A DNA stretch of 64,000 nt, from contig NC_047063.1 in assembly GCF_902459465.1 (NCBI RefSeq), positions 24,118,001 through 24,182,000 of the forward strand, written 5' to 3'. A program made the translations under genes and the position numbers. Shown in pieces: positions 63,290-64,000 of the stretch. This DNA comes from Asterias rubens. Its lineage: Eukaryota. The notes under the pieces were generated by a model. The model searched no databases, was not told where the DNA came from, and saw only the letters and a program-made list of their open reading frames with translations. Position 1 is the first letter of the stretch; each line of letters starts with the position of its first letter.

Positions 63290-64000
63290 CGTTAACAGAA
63301 ATACATTATAAAATCAGTAATGCTACAAGATTGCTTTGTTAAGGTAATGGCAGTCTTTGATTGGCTTCGTTTGAACAATAACTGTTTTATCTATCGACCC
63401 GTGGCGTTGATGAAATCTTAAAGTGTACGCACAGCAGTGTGGTACACATACAAAGTATGCTGCAAAGGGACTCGAGGTGTGTAATTTTCAAAAATCTGAA
63501 ATAAATATAACGGAGCTTTATAAAATTATGATAAAATCAGTAATGCTACATGAATGCTTTGTTTAGGTAATGACAGTCTTTGATTGGCTTCGTTTGAATG
63601 ATAACGTGTTTATAAACTGTTTTACAAATCGACCCGTGGCGTTGATGAAATCTTAAACTGTACGCACAGCAGTGTAGTACACGTACAAAGTATGCTGCAA
63701 AGGGACTCGTGGTGTGTAATTTTCAAAAATTTGAAATAAATATAACGGAGCTTTATAAAATTATGATTAAATCAGTAATGCTACATGAATGCTTTGTTTG
63801 AGTACTGGCAGTCTTGGATTGGCTTCGTTTGAACAATAACATGTTGATAAACTGTTTTATAAATCGACCCGTGGCGTTGATGAAATCTTAAACTGTACGC
63901 ACAGCAGTGTAGTACACGTACAAAGTATGCTGCAAAGGGACTCGTGGTGTGTAATTTTCAAAAATCTGAAATAAATACAACGGAGCTTTATAAAATTATG
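63290..64000 (-). repeat. Same 235-bp satellite in inverted orientation, at least 3 units, running off the window
   Basis: CCCGTGGCGTTGATGAAAT recurs at about 235-bp spacing; reverse complement of the left array. Confidence 0.95.

Noticed and set aside
61575-63290. Possible transposase remnant in the satellite spacer
   Set aside because: No ORF of 60 aa or more in the track, and no motif recognised in the frames I translated. A tBLASTx search would be decisive.
1-64000. U11, U12, U4atac or U6atac snRNA genes, or CRISPR-like arrays
   Set aside because: No match to remembered snRNA sequences by eye (an Infernal/Rfam scan would be decisive). All tandem arrays lack unique spacers.

Overview
AT-rich, intron-containing animal genomic DNA. 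My inference is an invertebrate deuterostome, plausibly an echinoderm; the sequence does not prove this. Eight conserved protein-coding genes were reconstructed exon by exon with consistent splice phases: CHCHD4/MIA40 (+), CENPK (+), UQCC5/SMIM4 and UQCC6/BRAWNIN (tandem, -), RTCB (+), ZCRB1 (+), TXNL4B/DIM2 (-) and TRMT10C/MRPP1 (+). There is also one candidate orphan gene (-, about 10.1-10.7 kb). Introns and spacers are dense with non-autonomous DNA transposons (TTAA-flanked Kolobok-like, hAT-like and other MITEs), tRNA-derived SINEs, L2-like LINE 3' fragments and minisatellites. The right end holds a 235-bp satellite in two inverted arrays. Highlights: (1) UQCC5 and UQCC6 look like one bicistronic microprotein transcript; (2) RTCB has a textbook U12-type AT-AC intron and sits directly upstream of two minor-spliceosome protein genes, ZCRB1 and TXNL4B, which are convergent and probably overlap at their 3' ends; (3) a hAT MITE whose target-site duplication is a ZCRB1 splice donor; (4) tandem duplication of the CENPK stop codon and poly(A) signal. 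Gene identities rest on my recollection of the vertebrate protein sequences, not on database searches. Repeat boundaries are approximate. No true tRNA, rRNA or snRNA genes were recognised.
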